From positions 1 to 37,948 of IMG/VR virus record IMGVR_UViG_3300022177_000005: DNA of 37,948 nucleotides; one strand, given 5' to 3'. The stretch is from a virus (taxonomy: Duplodnaviria; Caudoviricetes). The notes beneath the pieces are model-generated. The model was not told the DNA's origin, did not search any database, and was given only the letters and a program-made list of their open reading frames with translations. Shown piece after piece: positions 26,653 to 35,029 of the stretch; the first letter of the stretch is position 1, and every line of letters starts with the position of its first letter. Both the position numbers and the translations under genes were made by a program.

Positions 26653-26706
26653 TTTTGAGGCCCTTTCCGCGCCAGCATATAGCGCCCGGACAGCTCCCGT
26701 GCGGGT

Positions 26707-27153
26707 TCAGAACGATATGGAAATGTACTGCTCTTCGTCTTCCGAGGGGCAGTGCCTCTTCAGGAAAATCTCACCGATGAACCGCTGCCCCTTCCTCAGA
26801 AGGCGTTTTCTCAGCATGCGCTGCAGCTTGTCGGAGAGCCCGGCGACTCGCCGGATATAGTCGCGCTTCCGCTTCTCCATGTACCGCAGCCGGAAATACC
26901 GCGCCATTTCAGGCTCGCTCGATTCCAGGTACTGCAGCAGGCTTTCAACGGGAGAAATACGCATCCGGTACCTGGCGATCTCGGAGGAGAGAAAATCAAG
27001 GACCTCCTCATGGTCGGAGATCATCCCGTCGGGGGGAAAGGATTCCTCCAGGATGCACCGCCGGTCCATCAGCGATTTGAGATAGTGCAGGTCCTCGGCA
27101 TACTCGGCAAATCGCTGCTCCACCAGGTTTGCCTCCTGTCCGTCCCATCCCAT
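26707..27153 (-). CDS. RinA/ArpU-like late transcription activator
   Basis: Likely start ATG 27153; C-terminal YFRLRYME...IRRVAGLS...RMLRKRLL HTH; directly before terS. Confidence 0.65.
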   Translation of the reverse strand: MGWDGQEANLVEQRFAEYAEDLHYLKSLMDRRCILEESFPPDGMISDHEEVLDFLSSEIARYRMRISPVESLLQYLESSEPEMARYFRLRYMEKRKRDYIRRVAGLSDKLQRMLRKRLLRKGQRFIGEIFLKRHCPSEDEEQYISISF

Positions 27154-27166
27154 GATCCGCCTCGGA

Positions 27167-27649
27167 TCAGAAGTTCCCTGTCGAGCCGAAGCCGCCCGTT
27201 CCGCGCTCCGTGTCCGAAAGCTCCTCAACGATCTCCAGGGATGCCCTGTAGACGGGAGCCAGCACCGCCTGGGCGATCCGTTCCCCGTGCAGGATGGACT
27301 GGTACTCGTGCGACAGGTTCCTGATCAGCACCTTCACCTCGCCCCTGTAATCGCAGTCGATGGTCCCCGGCGAATTCGGCATGAGGAAGGGGCGCTTCAG
27401 TGCGATGCCGCTCCTTGGACGGATCTGCAGTTCGAAACCTTCCGGAACCTCCATCGCCCACCCCGTGGCAATGGCCGTCACACCGCATGGGGAGAGAATG
27501 AACCGCTCGCCCGTCTCGCAGCAGGCGAACAGGTCGAACCCGGCCGCGCCGGAGGATTTATACTCGGGTTCCATGGCGTCCTTGTGAAGGCGCTTCAGCT
27601 TCAGCGGGATCACTTTCTGGATGTAGAGCTGCATCGTATTTTCCATCAT
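27167..27649 (-). CDS. dut: Trimeric dUTPase
   Basis: All five motifs: AAGFDL, RPRSG, GTIDCDYRGE, ERIAQ, RGTGGFGSTG. Confidence 0.97.
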   Translation of the reverse strand: MMENTMQLYIQKVIPLKLKRLHKDAMEPEYKSSGAAGFDLFACCETGERFILSPCGVTAIATGWAMEVPEGFELQIRPRSGIALKRPFLMPNSPGTIDCDYRGEVKVLIRNLSHEYQSILHGERIAQAVLAPVYRASLEIVEELSDTERGTGGFGSTGNF

Positions 27650-27882
27650 TCATCAGCCTGCCTTTCAAATTTCAGAGCTTCAAGCTCAAGTAAAGAGATC
27701 TTTTTCTCCAGGTACACCTTCGCCTTCTGAAGATCCTCCAGGGAATCTCCTTTTAGTCCGCAGCGAGTCACATACTTCACCACATTCCCGAGAAAATAAT
27801 CAAAACCCTGATCCGCGATATAATCCCAGCATTCGATATTTCCCTTGGTGTAGTGGGGCGGATGATGGATCATGTCAGCCAT
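27646..27882 (-). CDS. DUF3310 family protein (T7 gp1.7-like)
   Basis: HPPHY...IECWDYI, LGNVVKY..R...K....EDL.KA..YL. Confidence 0.88.
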   Translation of the reverse strand: MADMIHHPPHYTKGNIECWDYIADQGFDYFLGNVVKYVTRCGLKGDSLEDLQKAKVYLEKKISLLELEALKFERQADE

Positions 27883-28195
27883 TGCAGTTTACCTCCTCGG
27901 GAGTTATGCCCAGCGCTACAGCCAGGAGCGCTATTAAGCAAGTTATACTGTTGTTGTTCCTGATACCTTCCGGGTCCTTCAGTTTCACCGCCATATCCGG
28001 GAATCGAAAGTATTCCGTCGCTTCAGACTCATCTTGCGCTTTCCGTATGGTTTTTTTTATGGAGATGAACAGACATCCTTCTTTGTGCCGGTCAGTACTG
28101 TTCTGGCAAAATGGGCAAAAAGGAGCATTGCCCACCTCGTCGGCAACGTCCACAAGCTGATCCAGCATCTCCCGTTCAAGGGGGGAAAGGGTCAT
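27875..28195 (-). CDS. Hypothetical protein with CPFC...H...C zinc site
   Basis: 106 aa, coupled to both neighbours. Confidence 0.65.
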   Translation of the reverse strand: MTLSPLEREMLDQLVDVADEVGNAPFCPFCQNSTDRHKEGCLFISIKKTIRKAQDESEATEYFRFPDMAVKLKDPEGIRNNNSITCLIALLAVALGITPEEVNCNG

Positions 28196-28410
28196 TCCGT
28201 CACCTCCTCCGGTCTCATTCCTAGTTGCTCTTGATTAGTATCATCGTACGGAGGGATTAAAAGACAGACCCCAAGTTTTTGATCTTTAGTTGTTGGATAC
28301 CAGGCGAGACAACAATTGCCTTGACAAGTATCTTCTCCGTCCCCATGGTCTTCTTTAAATGGACAGATAAATCCTGCATCTTCTTTAAACCAGAAGCGAT
28401 ATTTCGTCAT
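28192..28410 (-). CDS. Small Cys-rich hypothetical protein
   Basis: 72 aa; CPF...C....C.AW.....GVC; low GC; RBS GGAGGTG. Confidence 0.6.
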   Translation of the reverse strand: MTKYRFWFKEDAGFICPFKEDHGDGEDTCQGNCCLAWYPTTKDQKLGVCLLIPPYDDTNQEQLGMRPEEVTE

Positions 28411-28416
28411 TCCACT

Positions 28417-28605
28417 TCACCTCCCGTTCCATGCCTCGGCGGCCGCCGACCGTATCCCTTTGCTGCACTCGTCGAAATACCGTGTCGTCCCAAGCCGGGG
28501 AAGATCGCGAAGCGTCCCTGGAAGCTGCGCCGCCAGGACACCTACCAATACCGTCATACGGAAATATCTGTGCTGCCGGAAAATCCATTTCGAGAAAGCC
28601 TGCAT
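28417..28605 (-). CDS. Small hypothetical protein
   Basis: 62 aa, RBS GGAGGGG; fills the operon gap. Confidence 0.45.
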   Translation of the reverse strand: MQAFSKWIFRQHRYFRMTVLVGVLAAQLPGTLRDLPRLGTTRYFDECSKGIRSAAAEAWNGR

Positions 28606-28619
28606 TACAATCCCCTCCT

Positions 28620-28820
28620 TTAGTCTGTAAACAGCTGTCCCTGTCCCTGGGCATCAAAAAGATCGTTCATCAGCTTCCGGTACTCGGATTCCGCCGCTTC
28701 CAGCTGATCATCTTTAAGCCCCCTCAATGGAGCATGGATCGGTAGTCCTTCAATATCCCCCTTCAGCAGCTGCATCTTCCGCTCCAGCTCCGTTGCCCTC
28801 TGCGCCATTTCCGGATTCAT
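28620..28820 (-). CDS. Small coiled-coil hypothetical protein
   Basis: 66 aa, RBS GGAGGT; ends QGQLF. Confidence 0.6.
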   Translation of the reverse strand: MNPEMAQRATELERKMQLLKGDIEGLPIHAPLRGLKDDQLEAAESEYRKLMNDLFDAQGQGQLFTD

Positions 28821-28947
28821 TAACCTCCAGCTCCTTCCGTTTAAACGTCATCCCGTCCGAATACACAAAACACCCGCGATCGATGAACACCAGGAGAAAC
28901 CCCTTTTCCCTGCAAAACTGAATTATTTCTTCCCTGTCTGCATACAA
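28750..28947 (-). CDS. Small hypothetical protein
   Basis: 65 aa, TTG start after GGAGGT; overlaps the next gene. Confidence 0.45.
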   Translation of the reverse strand: MYADREEIIQFCREKGFLLVFIDRGCFVYSDGMTFKRKELEVNESGNGAEGNGAGAEDAAAEGGY

Positions 28948-28949
28948 CG

Positions 28950-29213
28950 CTGACTACCTCCGAGACGGTCAGTAGATGGTCAGTGAGACGGTCAGCACCC
29001 TAAACAACTGCAAACACTGAAGAAAATACCTTCTGCTGACCAGCTGACCACTAAATCTACTTAAAACGCTAAAAAAAATAACTTTAAAAAAATAAGAGAT
29101 TTAGGTAAGAAAGACGGTCAGTGGTCAGCAACGCAACGTAAAGCCGCTTGATCACCGGCTTTTACTAGCTGACCACCTCACTGACCATCTCAATTGAGAC
29201 GGTCAGTGGTCAG
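28950..29213. repeat. Putative replication origin: GGTCAG/CTGACC iterons around an AT-rich core
   Basis: 7 GGTCAG plus 4 CTGACC exact copies; AT-rich tract about 29051-29113; directly downstream of the primase-helicase. Confidence 0.8.
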
Positions 29214-31390
29214 CGGAATCCGAAAAGGTTTTCGTCCTGGATCGGGTTCCGGGGCACGAGGTAGCACCTGGCCCCAGCCTTTCCCCTGCGCACAGGGTTC
29301 CGGCCCGTGAGCCTCCGCAGCACCTGTGCGGCCACGTCCGTCTGCTGTTTGTTTGGGCGATCCATTCCCTTGCATTTCTGAAGCACCTCCGTCGCGGTCA
29401 TCCATTCAGTACGTCCACTCTGTACATCCGCTTCATATTTGTCCCACTCGTACAGGCGGCTGATCAGGTCCTCTACAGGATCTGATTTCTGGTAGTTCAA
29501 ATTCAGCTCCTCGAGCCGGTCCGTCTCCGCCTTGTCAAGCCAATAGCGCTCTCCGTCAAGCTGCCAGGTCCTCACCTCGGCCCACACCTGCTGCATGTCG
29601 ATGCCGTGCTGGAAGTTGCAGCTCGTCACTGGTATAGTCCACCACCGTGTGTTGCCGGTAAGGTCGTTCTGGAAGAAGCCGGGGTTCACGGACGCGCAGT
29701 ATACCGTCCTCCGCCTGTACGTGGACGGTTTCGGGGCGTATGGCAGCCTCAAAGTATCGTCGCCCTGGGTCACAAACTGCTTCAGGCGGCTTATATCCTG
29801 TGCCTTGAACGTGGCGTCCAGCTCCCCGAGCTCCACGATCCAGTGACTGATCGCCTTGATCACGCTGTCCTTGTCCTGGGTGTCCAGGGTCAGGCCGCCA
29901 AGGAACCAGTCCGACTCCTCCGGCACGAGGTTCCGCAGCCAGAGGCTTTTTCCGATAGCCTGTGCTCCCTGGAGCACCAACACTCCGCGAAACTGCAAAA
30001 CCTCTTCATCCCCTGCGAAAGCTGCCACAACGCAAGATATAAGCCATCGCTTCAGCAGCAGCCGGGCAAAGGAAAGGTCGTAGTCCGGAGAGACCACAAG
30101 TGAGCCGAACAGGTCGTCGAACCGGGACACGCCGTCCCACGGTTTTGAACTGATCCATTCCCGCACCGGGTTGCGCCTGGATGCGTCCTGGATCTCGAGG
30201 AGGTATAGGTCGAGCAGCTGCCTCCCCAGTGGGAACTTATTCTGGTAGCATTTTGAGAGAAGATAGGAAAGAAAACTATTGTCCCGGTTGTCTGAAGCGA
30301 ATGTTACATTGGGAATCTCGTACCGGGGCGATCTTTTGACCTGGTCGTAGTAGACTGTGTATCCCAGGTGCCGCAGCAAGACACGAACGTTCCCCGTGGT
30401 CTTCAGGGGCCTGCCGTTCTTGTCAATGTCGGCCCATGAAATCGCATTGGCACGTCGGTCTAGGGCCTTATTCCACTCTTCCAGCTGGTGACCGATCTCT
30501 TCAGCAGCCGCCTCGATACCGTGAAGAGCGGCGTAATCGTTCCAGTCGCTGCCCTTTTCATCGCCGGAAAATGGAGGAAACACGTATGGGATATCCAGTT
30601 CTTCAGACAGGACCGAGGCACACTTTACCCCCGGGTTCCCATGGGTCTGCAGGTCGTTGTCGGCCGCGATCACCATGCGACCGGCGAAACGGCTCAAGAG
30701 ATCTCCGCACACCGGCCGGAGGTTCCCGCAGTCGAAGCACACCACCACATGGCAGCCTGTTGCCTCATGCACCGTAAGGCCCGTCGCAAGTCCTTCGACG
30801 AAATACACCATGCGCTGCTCGCCGGGGATCTCGAAGAAACACTTCCGTTTCCGCCCTGGAAGAAACCGCTTCTCTCCGTCGGGGGCAATCGCCTGCCGGT
30901 TCCATATGTTCCCGGCCGCATCCTTAAGGGGGATAATGATATCAGCCCCGATCTGCCCGATCCCTTCCGGAAGGGATTCGATGCTGATCCCCTTCCGCTT
31001 CAGATACGGGTGATCCGGCTTCACCGGCGTCATCGCCTCCAGGAGTTTCGCGGCGTTCTTCGCCGACGACTCCTCCTTCCGCCGCTCTTCAGCCTTGCGC
31101 TCATCCTGTCTCTTCGCCCGCTCCGCGAAGTACTCCTTGCTCACGTCCTTCGCTTCCTTGCCTGCGGACCACGTCTGGTACTCAACACCATGCTTCGCGG
31201 AATACGACTTCACCCACCCCGCCGGATGCTCATCCCCGTACAGGCAATATTCGCCGTTTTTCTCGCCGGGCTTGTCCCCAGCGATACGATAGCGGCGCTT
31301 CACTCCGTCGGCAGTGATGTAATCGTCCGACGCCGGGGCGATCCCCAGCCCGTCCAGAAATGCGATGAAGTCACGCTCGACGGAAATCAT
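29210..31390 (-). CDS. Toprim primase fused to VirE/VapE-like helicase
   Basis: VEGLATG, IAADND, SDWND (Toprim); LQGAQAIGKS, WIVELGELD (P-loop ATPase). Confidence 0.92.
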   Translation of the reverse strand: MISVERDFIAFLDGLGIAPASDDYITADGVKRRYRIAGDKPGEKNGEYCLYGDEHPAGWVKSYSAKHGVEYQTWSAGKEAKDVSKEYFAERAKRQDERKAEERRKEESSAKNAAKLLEAMTPVKPDHPYLKRKGISIESLPEGIGQIGADIIIPLKDAAGNIWNRQAIAPDGEKRFLPGRKRKCFFEIPGEQRMVYFVEGLATGLTVHEATGCHVVVCFDCGNLRPVCGDLLSRFAGRMVIAADNDLQTHGNPGVKCASVLSEELDIPYVFPPFSGDEKGSDWNDYAALHGIEAAAEEIGHQLEEWNKALDRRANAISWADIDKNGRPLKTTGNVRVLLRHLGYTVYYDQVKRSPRYEIPNVTFASDNRDNSFLSYLLSKCYQNKFPLGRQLLDLYLLEIQDASRRNPVREWISSKPWDGVSRFDDLFGSLVVSPDYDLSFARLLLKRWLISCVVAAFAGDEEVLQFRGVLVLQGAQAIGKSLWLRNLVPEESDWFLGGLTLDTQDKDSVIKAISHWIVELGELDATFKAQDISRLKQFVTQGDDTLRLPYAPKPSTYRRRTVYCASVNPGFFQNDLTGNTRWWTIPVTSCNFQHGIDMQQVWAEVRTWQLDGERYWLDKAETDRLEELNLNYQKSDPVEDLISRLYEWDKYEADVQSGRTEWMTATEVLQKCKGMDRPNKQQTDVAAQVLRRLTGRNPVRRGKAGARCYLVPRNPIQDENLFGFR

Positions 31391-31824
31391 GACCGCTGCT
31401 CTGTGCGCTCTCCCGGAATCTGCAGTTCGCTCTCCCCGTCGCCGGGGGCGTCGGTATCCTCGATCCGGATGCTCTTCAGCCCGATCTGGATCACTCCGGG
31501 TTCAGGATGCTGCTTCCTTCGCCGTGTCCGCTTGGGCTTTGGCTGCTCCTCGGGTTCATCCAGGAGAGAAAACATTTTCAGCAGATCGTACTGCCGCACA
31601 AGGAAAGGCTCAGGAATACAAGCCCCTGTGTGGTTCTCGATCACAGCCAGGATCTTCCCCCATCCCTGCCCGTTCTCTCGGCACTTGCGTATGGAAGGGA
31701 AAAGCCTCCTGATGATCTTCTTGAAAAGAATGTCCGCCTCGGGTTTCCCCGGTCTCGGTGTCGCCAGAATCTCAAGCCGCTCCCGAGCTGTTTCAAGTCC
31801 TGGAATGATTGTTGAGATCTCCAT
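31387..31824 (-). CDS. Hypothetical early protein
   Basis: 145 aa, RBS GGAGG, coupled (ATGA) to the primase. Confidence 0.65.
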   Translation of the reverse strand: MEISTIIPGLETARERLEILATPRPGKPEADILFKKIIRRLFPSIRKCRENGQGWGKILAVIENHTGACIPEPFLVRQYDLLKMFSLLDEPEEQPKPKRTRRRKQHPEPGVIQIGLKSIRIEDTDAPGDGESELQIPGERTEQRS

Positions 31825-31890
31825 GATGCCCTCCAGTCGTTTGTGATAGAATAGGGCAAGGTGCTTCCGATACCCTGCCCTCTTTTCCGA

Positions 31891-31922
31891 AGGCCCCTCT
31901 CCTCGAGGGGCTTACTTTTTTT
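31891..31922 (+). terminator. Hairpin with T tract on the plus strand
   Basis: AGGCCCCTC-TCCTC-GAGGGGCTT then ACTTTTTTT. Confidence 0.45.
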
Positions 31923-32115
31923 CTTCCCCGCACAGCCATTCCCGCACCGCCAGAGATCTGCACGCCCGGTAAGACCCTGCAGCCAGGTATTTGCAAGTCG
32001 TGCCCAGGGGCTCGAAAAACTGGCACCGCTCCATCTTTTCCTCCATCGTCTTCGCCGTGCAGATAGTCCTCCCGTGGATCTCCCGCGCCGCGCACTTTCC
32101 GCTAACCGCTATCAT
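31912..32115 (-). CDS. Small Cys-rich hypothetical protein
   Basis: 67 aa, six Cys, RBS GGAGGGTGAGG. Confidence 0.6.
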   Translation of the reverse strand: MIAVSGKCAAREIHGRTICTAKTMEEKMERCQFFEPLGTTCKYLAAGSYRACRSLAVREWLCGEEKK

Positions 32116-32118
32116 TCC

Positions 32119-32547
32119 TCACCCTCCCATCGCCTTGATGACTGTTTCCTTCATCTGCCATACCGTGAATGATTCCATCCAGCCGCCTTCAGAAGAACGG
32201 AACAAATACAGTGGCCCGCTCTGGCATTTCATCACTTTCTCCAGCCGAAACCTGTTCCCGGACACCTCGTACTCCATGCCGGGGAAGAAAATAAGTGGCC
32301 GCCCGGTTGACTCTGTATACCGGTGAAGCTTTCCCTGGGAAGCGACCTTCCATACCCCGTTTTTTCGTAACAGTTGCCGTACGCTGTTGGGATCAAAATT
32401 CAAGATAGTCGCAATCTCTGTGGCCGTTTTCCCCTCGTAAAACATATCGATCACCTGTTGGGTAAGAGGGGTGATATACCTCTTGCCCCCAACCTGAGTC
32501 ACCTCCACAGCCTCCACCACGGGCAAAACATCCGCCCCCGCCACCAC
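32119..32547 (-). CDS. HTH-containing protein
   Basis: VIDMFYEGKTATEIATILNFDPNSVRQLLRKNG; start uncertain. Confidence 0.7.
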   Translation of the reverse strand: MVAGADVLPVVEAVEVTQVGGKRYITPLTQQVIDMFYEGKTATEIATILNFDPNSVRQLLRKNGVWKVASQGKLHRYTESTGRPLIFFPGMEYEVSGNRFRLEKVMKCQSGPLYLFRSSEGGWMESFTVWQMKETVIKAMGG

Positions 32548-32602
32548 GGCCGCCGGAACGGCCCCTCGATGGATTTTCCAAGGAGATATAAGTACACGTT
32601 CC

Positions 32603-32797
32603 TCAATCGCCCTTCAAAGAAACCCTCATCCGCCGGAACCACCGGATCTCACCTCCGCAGTCGATAACTCCTGAAAACAGCTCTAGCCTCAAACACGGGC
32701 ACTCCTCCGCAATGTCCCCCGGAAAGCGTCGCTCCCCGTTCAGCGAACACCTCCAGTTCTTCGTGTCGTATCTTGCGCAGTCCCGACACAGGAACAT
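32603..32797 (-). CDS. Small Cys-rich protein (64 aa)
   Basis: Likely start ATG 32797 after GGGGAGG; CRDC...C...C. Confidence 0.5.
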   Translation of the reverse strand: MFLCRDCARYDTKNWRCSLNGERRFPGDIAEECPCLRLELFSGVIDCGGEIRWFRRMRVSLKGD

Positions 32798-32883
32798 CCG
32801 CACCGCCTCCCCGCCAGGTAGCCTATTCCGAACACCACTTCCACCAGGAAAAAGGAAAAAATGAAAAGCTGTGCGTCGTTCAT
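32740..32883 (-). CDS. 47-aa single-TM peptide (not in the ORF track)
   Basis: MNDAQLFIFSFFLVEVVFGIGYLAGRRC...; strong RBS AGGAAGGAGGGG. Confidence 0.55.
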   Translation of the reverse strand: MNDAQLFIFSFFLVEVVFGIGYLAGRRCGCSCVGTAQDTTRRTGGVR

Positions 32884-32937
32884 AAAACCCCCTCCTTCCT
32901 ACGGATAGCGCTGCCTCAAAATAAAAACACAATAACA

Positions 32938-32966
32938 TTTCACCTTATTTGACCTTGTGCTATAAT
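32938..32966 (+). promoter_or_regulatory. Extended -10 sigma70 promoter for the counter-oriented small gene
   Basis: TG-C-TATAAT at 32958-32966; TTTCAC 17 bp upstream. Confidence 0.7.
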
Positions 32967-32991
32967 TCCCCTCGGAAAGGGGGTGAAGAAC

Positions 32992-33135
32992 ATGGCAAAT
33001 AAAAAACAGACAAGTCCCGATGTCGCATCAAAAGCCGCAAAACTGCTCAACAGCTCAAAGACAGGCAAAACGGTAAAAACAGTTGCCGCAAGCGCGCTTT
33101 CCCAGACAAAAACATCAAAGAAAAAGGGAAAGTAA
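32992..33135 (+). CDS. 47-aa Lys/Ser-rich basic protein (not in the ORF track)
   Basis: MANKKQTSPDVASKAAKLLNSSKTGKTVKTVAASALSQTKTSKKKGK; RBS GAAAGGGGGTG; own promoter. Confidence 0.85.
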   Translation: MANKKQTSPDVASKAAKLLNSSKTGKTVKTVAASALSQTKTSKKKGK

Positions 33136-33519
33136 CCACTGGTTCGCCGCAAGAACGTTGTTCAGGCCTGAAGCGATCGTGCACACAAGCTGCTCGTTCC
33201 CGTTCGACTCAAAATCACCGGCCGCCTCGAAAATGCAGTGCAGGATCTCATGAAGCAAAACCTCGCGACGGCGATCCTCCTTCAGGCCTCTGTCTATCCT
33301 GATGACCTGCTCGACGAAATCCGTCTCCCCCATCACAAAAGAGTCCCGATTGACACGATCCACAAAAAGCACATGGAAAGACTTGCCGCCGATGCTGATT
33401 CGAGACATTGGTTCATCCGGTTTCCCGCATGGTTCGCCATCACCGGAAAATTTCCCTTTCTGTATCGCCTCTTCCGTTTTTTTAAGAGCCTTCATCAGGT
33501 CGTCATGATGCACGCTCAC
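33115..33519 (-). CDS. Small HExxH zinc metallopeptidase (ImmA/IrrE-like fold)
   Basis: GETDF..Q.I.I...L....RREVLLHEILH and downstream E. Confidence 0.75.
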   Translation of the reverse strand: MSVHHDDLMKALKKTEEAIQKGKFSGDGEPCGKPDEPMSRISIGGKSFHVLFVDRVNRDSFVMGETDFVEQVIRIDRGLKEDRRREVLLHEILHCIFEAAGDFESNGNEQLVCTIASGLNNVLAANQWLLSLFL

Positions 33520-33797
33520 TTCTTCTTCACCTCCTTCTCGTCCAGGATCCTCAGCCTGCAGATATGGTTCCGGGGCGAAAGCGCCTTCCGCTCCACCGTC
33601 CCCGCCTTCACTGCGGCCATCAGACCGTCACGGCTCTTCAGGCCGTACCGGGTCCGAAACTCCTCCTCCTCCATCCATTCAGAGGAAGAAACAGCAGCGG
33701 GAAGCAGCGACGGAAGCTTCCGCAGCTCCTCCATCACAGCCTCCCGCACCGCATCCCGAACCAGGGTGGAAACTATAGCCTCAAAAGATTGCGCCAT
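33516..33797 (-). CDS. Putative excisionase / winged-HTH protein
   Basis: EWMEEEEFRTRYGLKSRDGLMAAVKAG; early-operon position. Confidence 0.5.
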   Translation of the reverse strand: MAQSFEAIVSTLVRDAVREAVMEELRKLPSLLPAAVSSSEWMEEEEFRTRYGLKSRDGLMAAVKAGTVERKALSPRNHICRLRILDEKEVKKK

Positions 33798-33824
33798 TCC
33801 CGAAGGCCCCCTTAAAAAATGAAG

Positions 33825-34238
33825 CTAAAAAGAATTGAGCAGTATCTCAATCATGTCCGGAAGAATCGCGATCTCTTCTGTACTGCAGTATCCTGGTTCA
33901 GCCCCCCCAACCCGTTTCACGAAAGAAAGAAGGGTGTCCTTCAGCTCAACTCTCTGCTGTGTAGTTAATGCGCACTCGTCCATTTCAGCCCCTCCTTTAA
34001 TCGAATCGAACGTCATATCGCAGCCTTCTGAATCTTGAAAGATCAGCAAATAGAGGTACCCTGGTTCTAAGTCCAGAGCATTCTCCAGAGCTGCCAGTTT
34101 TTTAGCGTTCGTCGGAGGGTACATTCCACGCTCCCAGGCATAAACAGCGGACCGGGAGACATTGATTTTCAGGGCGAGCTCTGCCTGGGTTAAGCCTTTT
34201 ATTCTGCGTTTTTGCTTAATTTCAGATCCGTAGCCCAT
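33825..34238 (-). CDS. XRE-family HTH protein with a fused C-terminal module
   Basis: GLTQAELALKINVSRSAVYAWERG; likely start ATG 34238; internal RBS before ATG 33983. Confidence 0.8.
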   Translation of the reverse strand: MGYGSEIKQKRRIKGLTQAELALKINVSRSAVYAWERGMYPPTNAKKLAALENALDLEPGYLYLLIFQDSEGCDMTFDSIKGGAEMDECALTTQQRVELKDTLLSFVKRVGGAEPGYCSTEEIAILPDMIEILLNSF

Positions 34239-34248
34239 ATCATCACCC

Positions 34249-34449
34249 CTACGCACGCCTTAAAAAGCTTTCAACTTCCACGTTGTAGGCTTTCGCGATT
34301 TTTTCCAGTTCCTTCAGCCGGGGGCTTCTCCGTCCGCTTTCGTAGTTTGCGATAGTGGATTTTGAAAGCCCGCTCTTGATTGCCGCTTGATCTTGAGTAA
34401 GTGCTGCTCTCTCTCGTGCCAGCCTTATTCCGAGCGCCACATCCATCAC
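34249..34449 (-). CDS. Cro-like XRE repressor
   Basis: 66 aa; LTQDQAAIKSGLSKSTIANYESGRRSP; divergent from cI; RBS AAGGAGGTG. Confidence 0.88.
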   Translation of the reverse strand: MMDVALGIRLARERAALTQDQAAIKSGLSKSTIANYESGRRSPRLKELEKIAKAYNVEVESFLRRA

Positions 34450-34468
34450 AAACTCACCTCCTTCAATA

Positions 34469-34573
34469 TTACAAACGTAAGGCTTTAAGCAAGAATACCA
34501 TGGGATGTCACGAACGTCAATCTGTTAATATCACGTTCTTACCATTGAATTTTGTATCACAATCGTGGACAAT
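34469..34573. promoter_or_regulatory. Divergent switch promoters with four candidate 12-bp operators
   Basis: Leftward TTGACG(34520-34515)-17-TATTCT with TG extension; rightward TTGAAT(34545)-17-GACAAT; operators TTACAAACGTAA, TCACGAACGTCA, TCACGTTCTTAC, TCACAATCGTGG. Confidence 0.65.
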
Positions 34574-34587
34574 CTATTTGAATTGAG

Positions 34588-35013
34588 GTGAAGAATATGT
34601 CAGTGGGGGACAGAATTCGAGAGGAAAGGGAATTCAGGGGTTGGACACAACAAGAACTTGCAGATAAAACGGGGTTTTCAAAAAGCTCAATTGCAAACTG
34701 GGAAACGGGACGCCGGTCACCGCAACAGAAGTTCATCGAAAAAATCGCAAAGGCCATGAACATCAGCCCGAAGGATTTGACCGATGAAGATTTCGAACGT
34801 GAGATTAAGGCCCCTACCCTTTATGAAATGCTGGCCGACGGGATCCTTCAGCCCGTGAAGGATCAACACCGCCTCGCCTTCGACGAATTCCTGAAGACCA
34901 GTCCCGATATCGAGGTCTGGTTCCGCCAGATACAAAGGGAAAAAATCACCGAAGAAGAAATGGAGAAGCTGAAAACCCTCATAATCGAATGGATCAGGAA
35001 AGGAAATCAATAA
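34588..35013 (+). CDS. CI-like XRE repressor without an S24 peptidase domain
   Basis: WTQQELADKTGFSKSSIANWETGRRSP; 141 aa. Confidence 0.88.
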   Translation: MKNMSVGDRIREEREFRGWTQQELADKTGFSKSSIANWETGRRSPQQKFIEKIAKAMNISPKDLTDEDFEREIKAPTLYEMLADGILQPVKDQHRLAFDEFLKTSPDIEVWFRQIQREKITEEEMEKLKTLIIEWIRKGNQ

Positions 35014-35029
35014 ATAAGGAGGAATCAAT

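Noticed and set aside
28950-29213. CRISPR or mini-array
   Set aside because: Repeats are only 6-9 bp, in both orientations and irregularly spaced; they fit iterons, and no cas genes are present
32940-33152. 70-aa minus-strand ORF
   Set aside because: Shadow of the plus-strand 47-aa gene, which has the promoter and RBS
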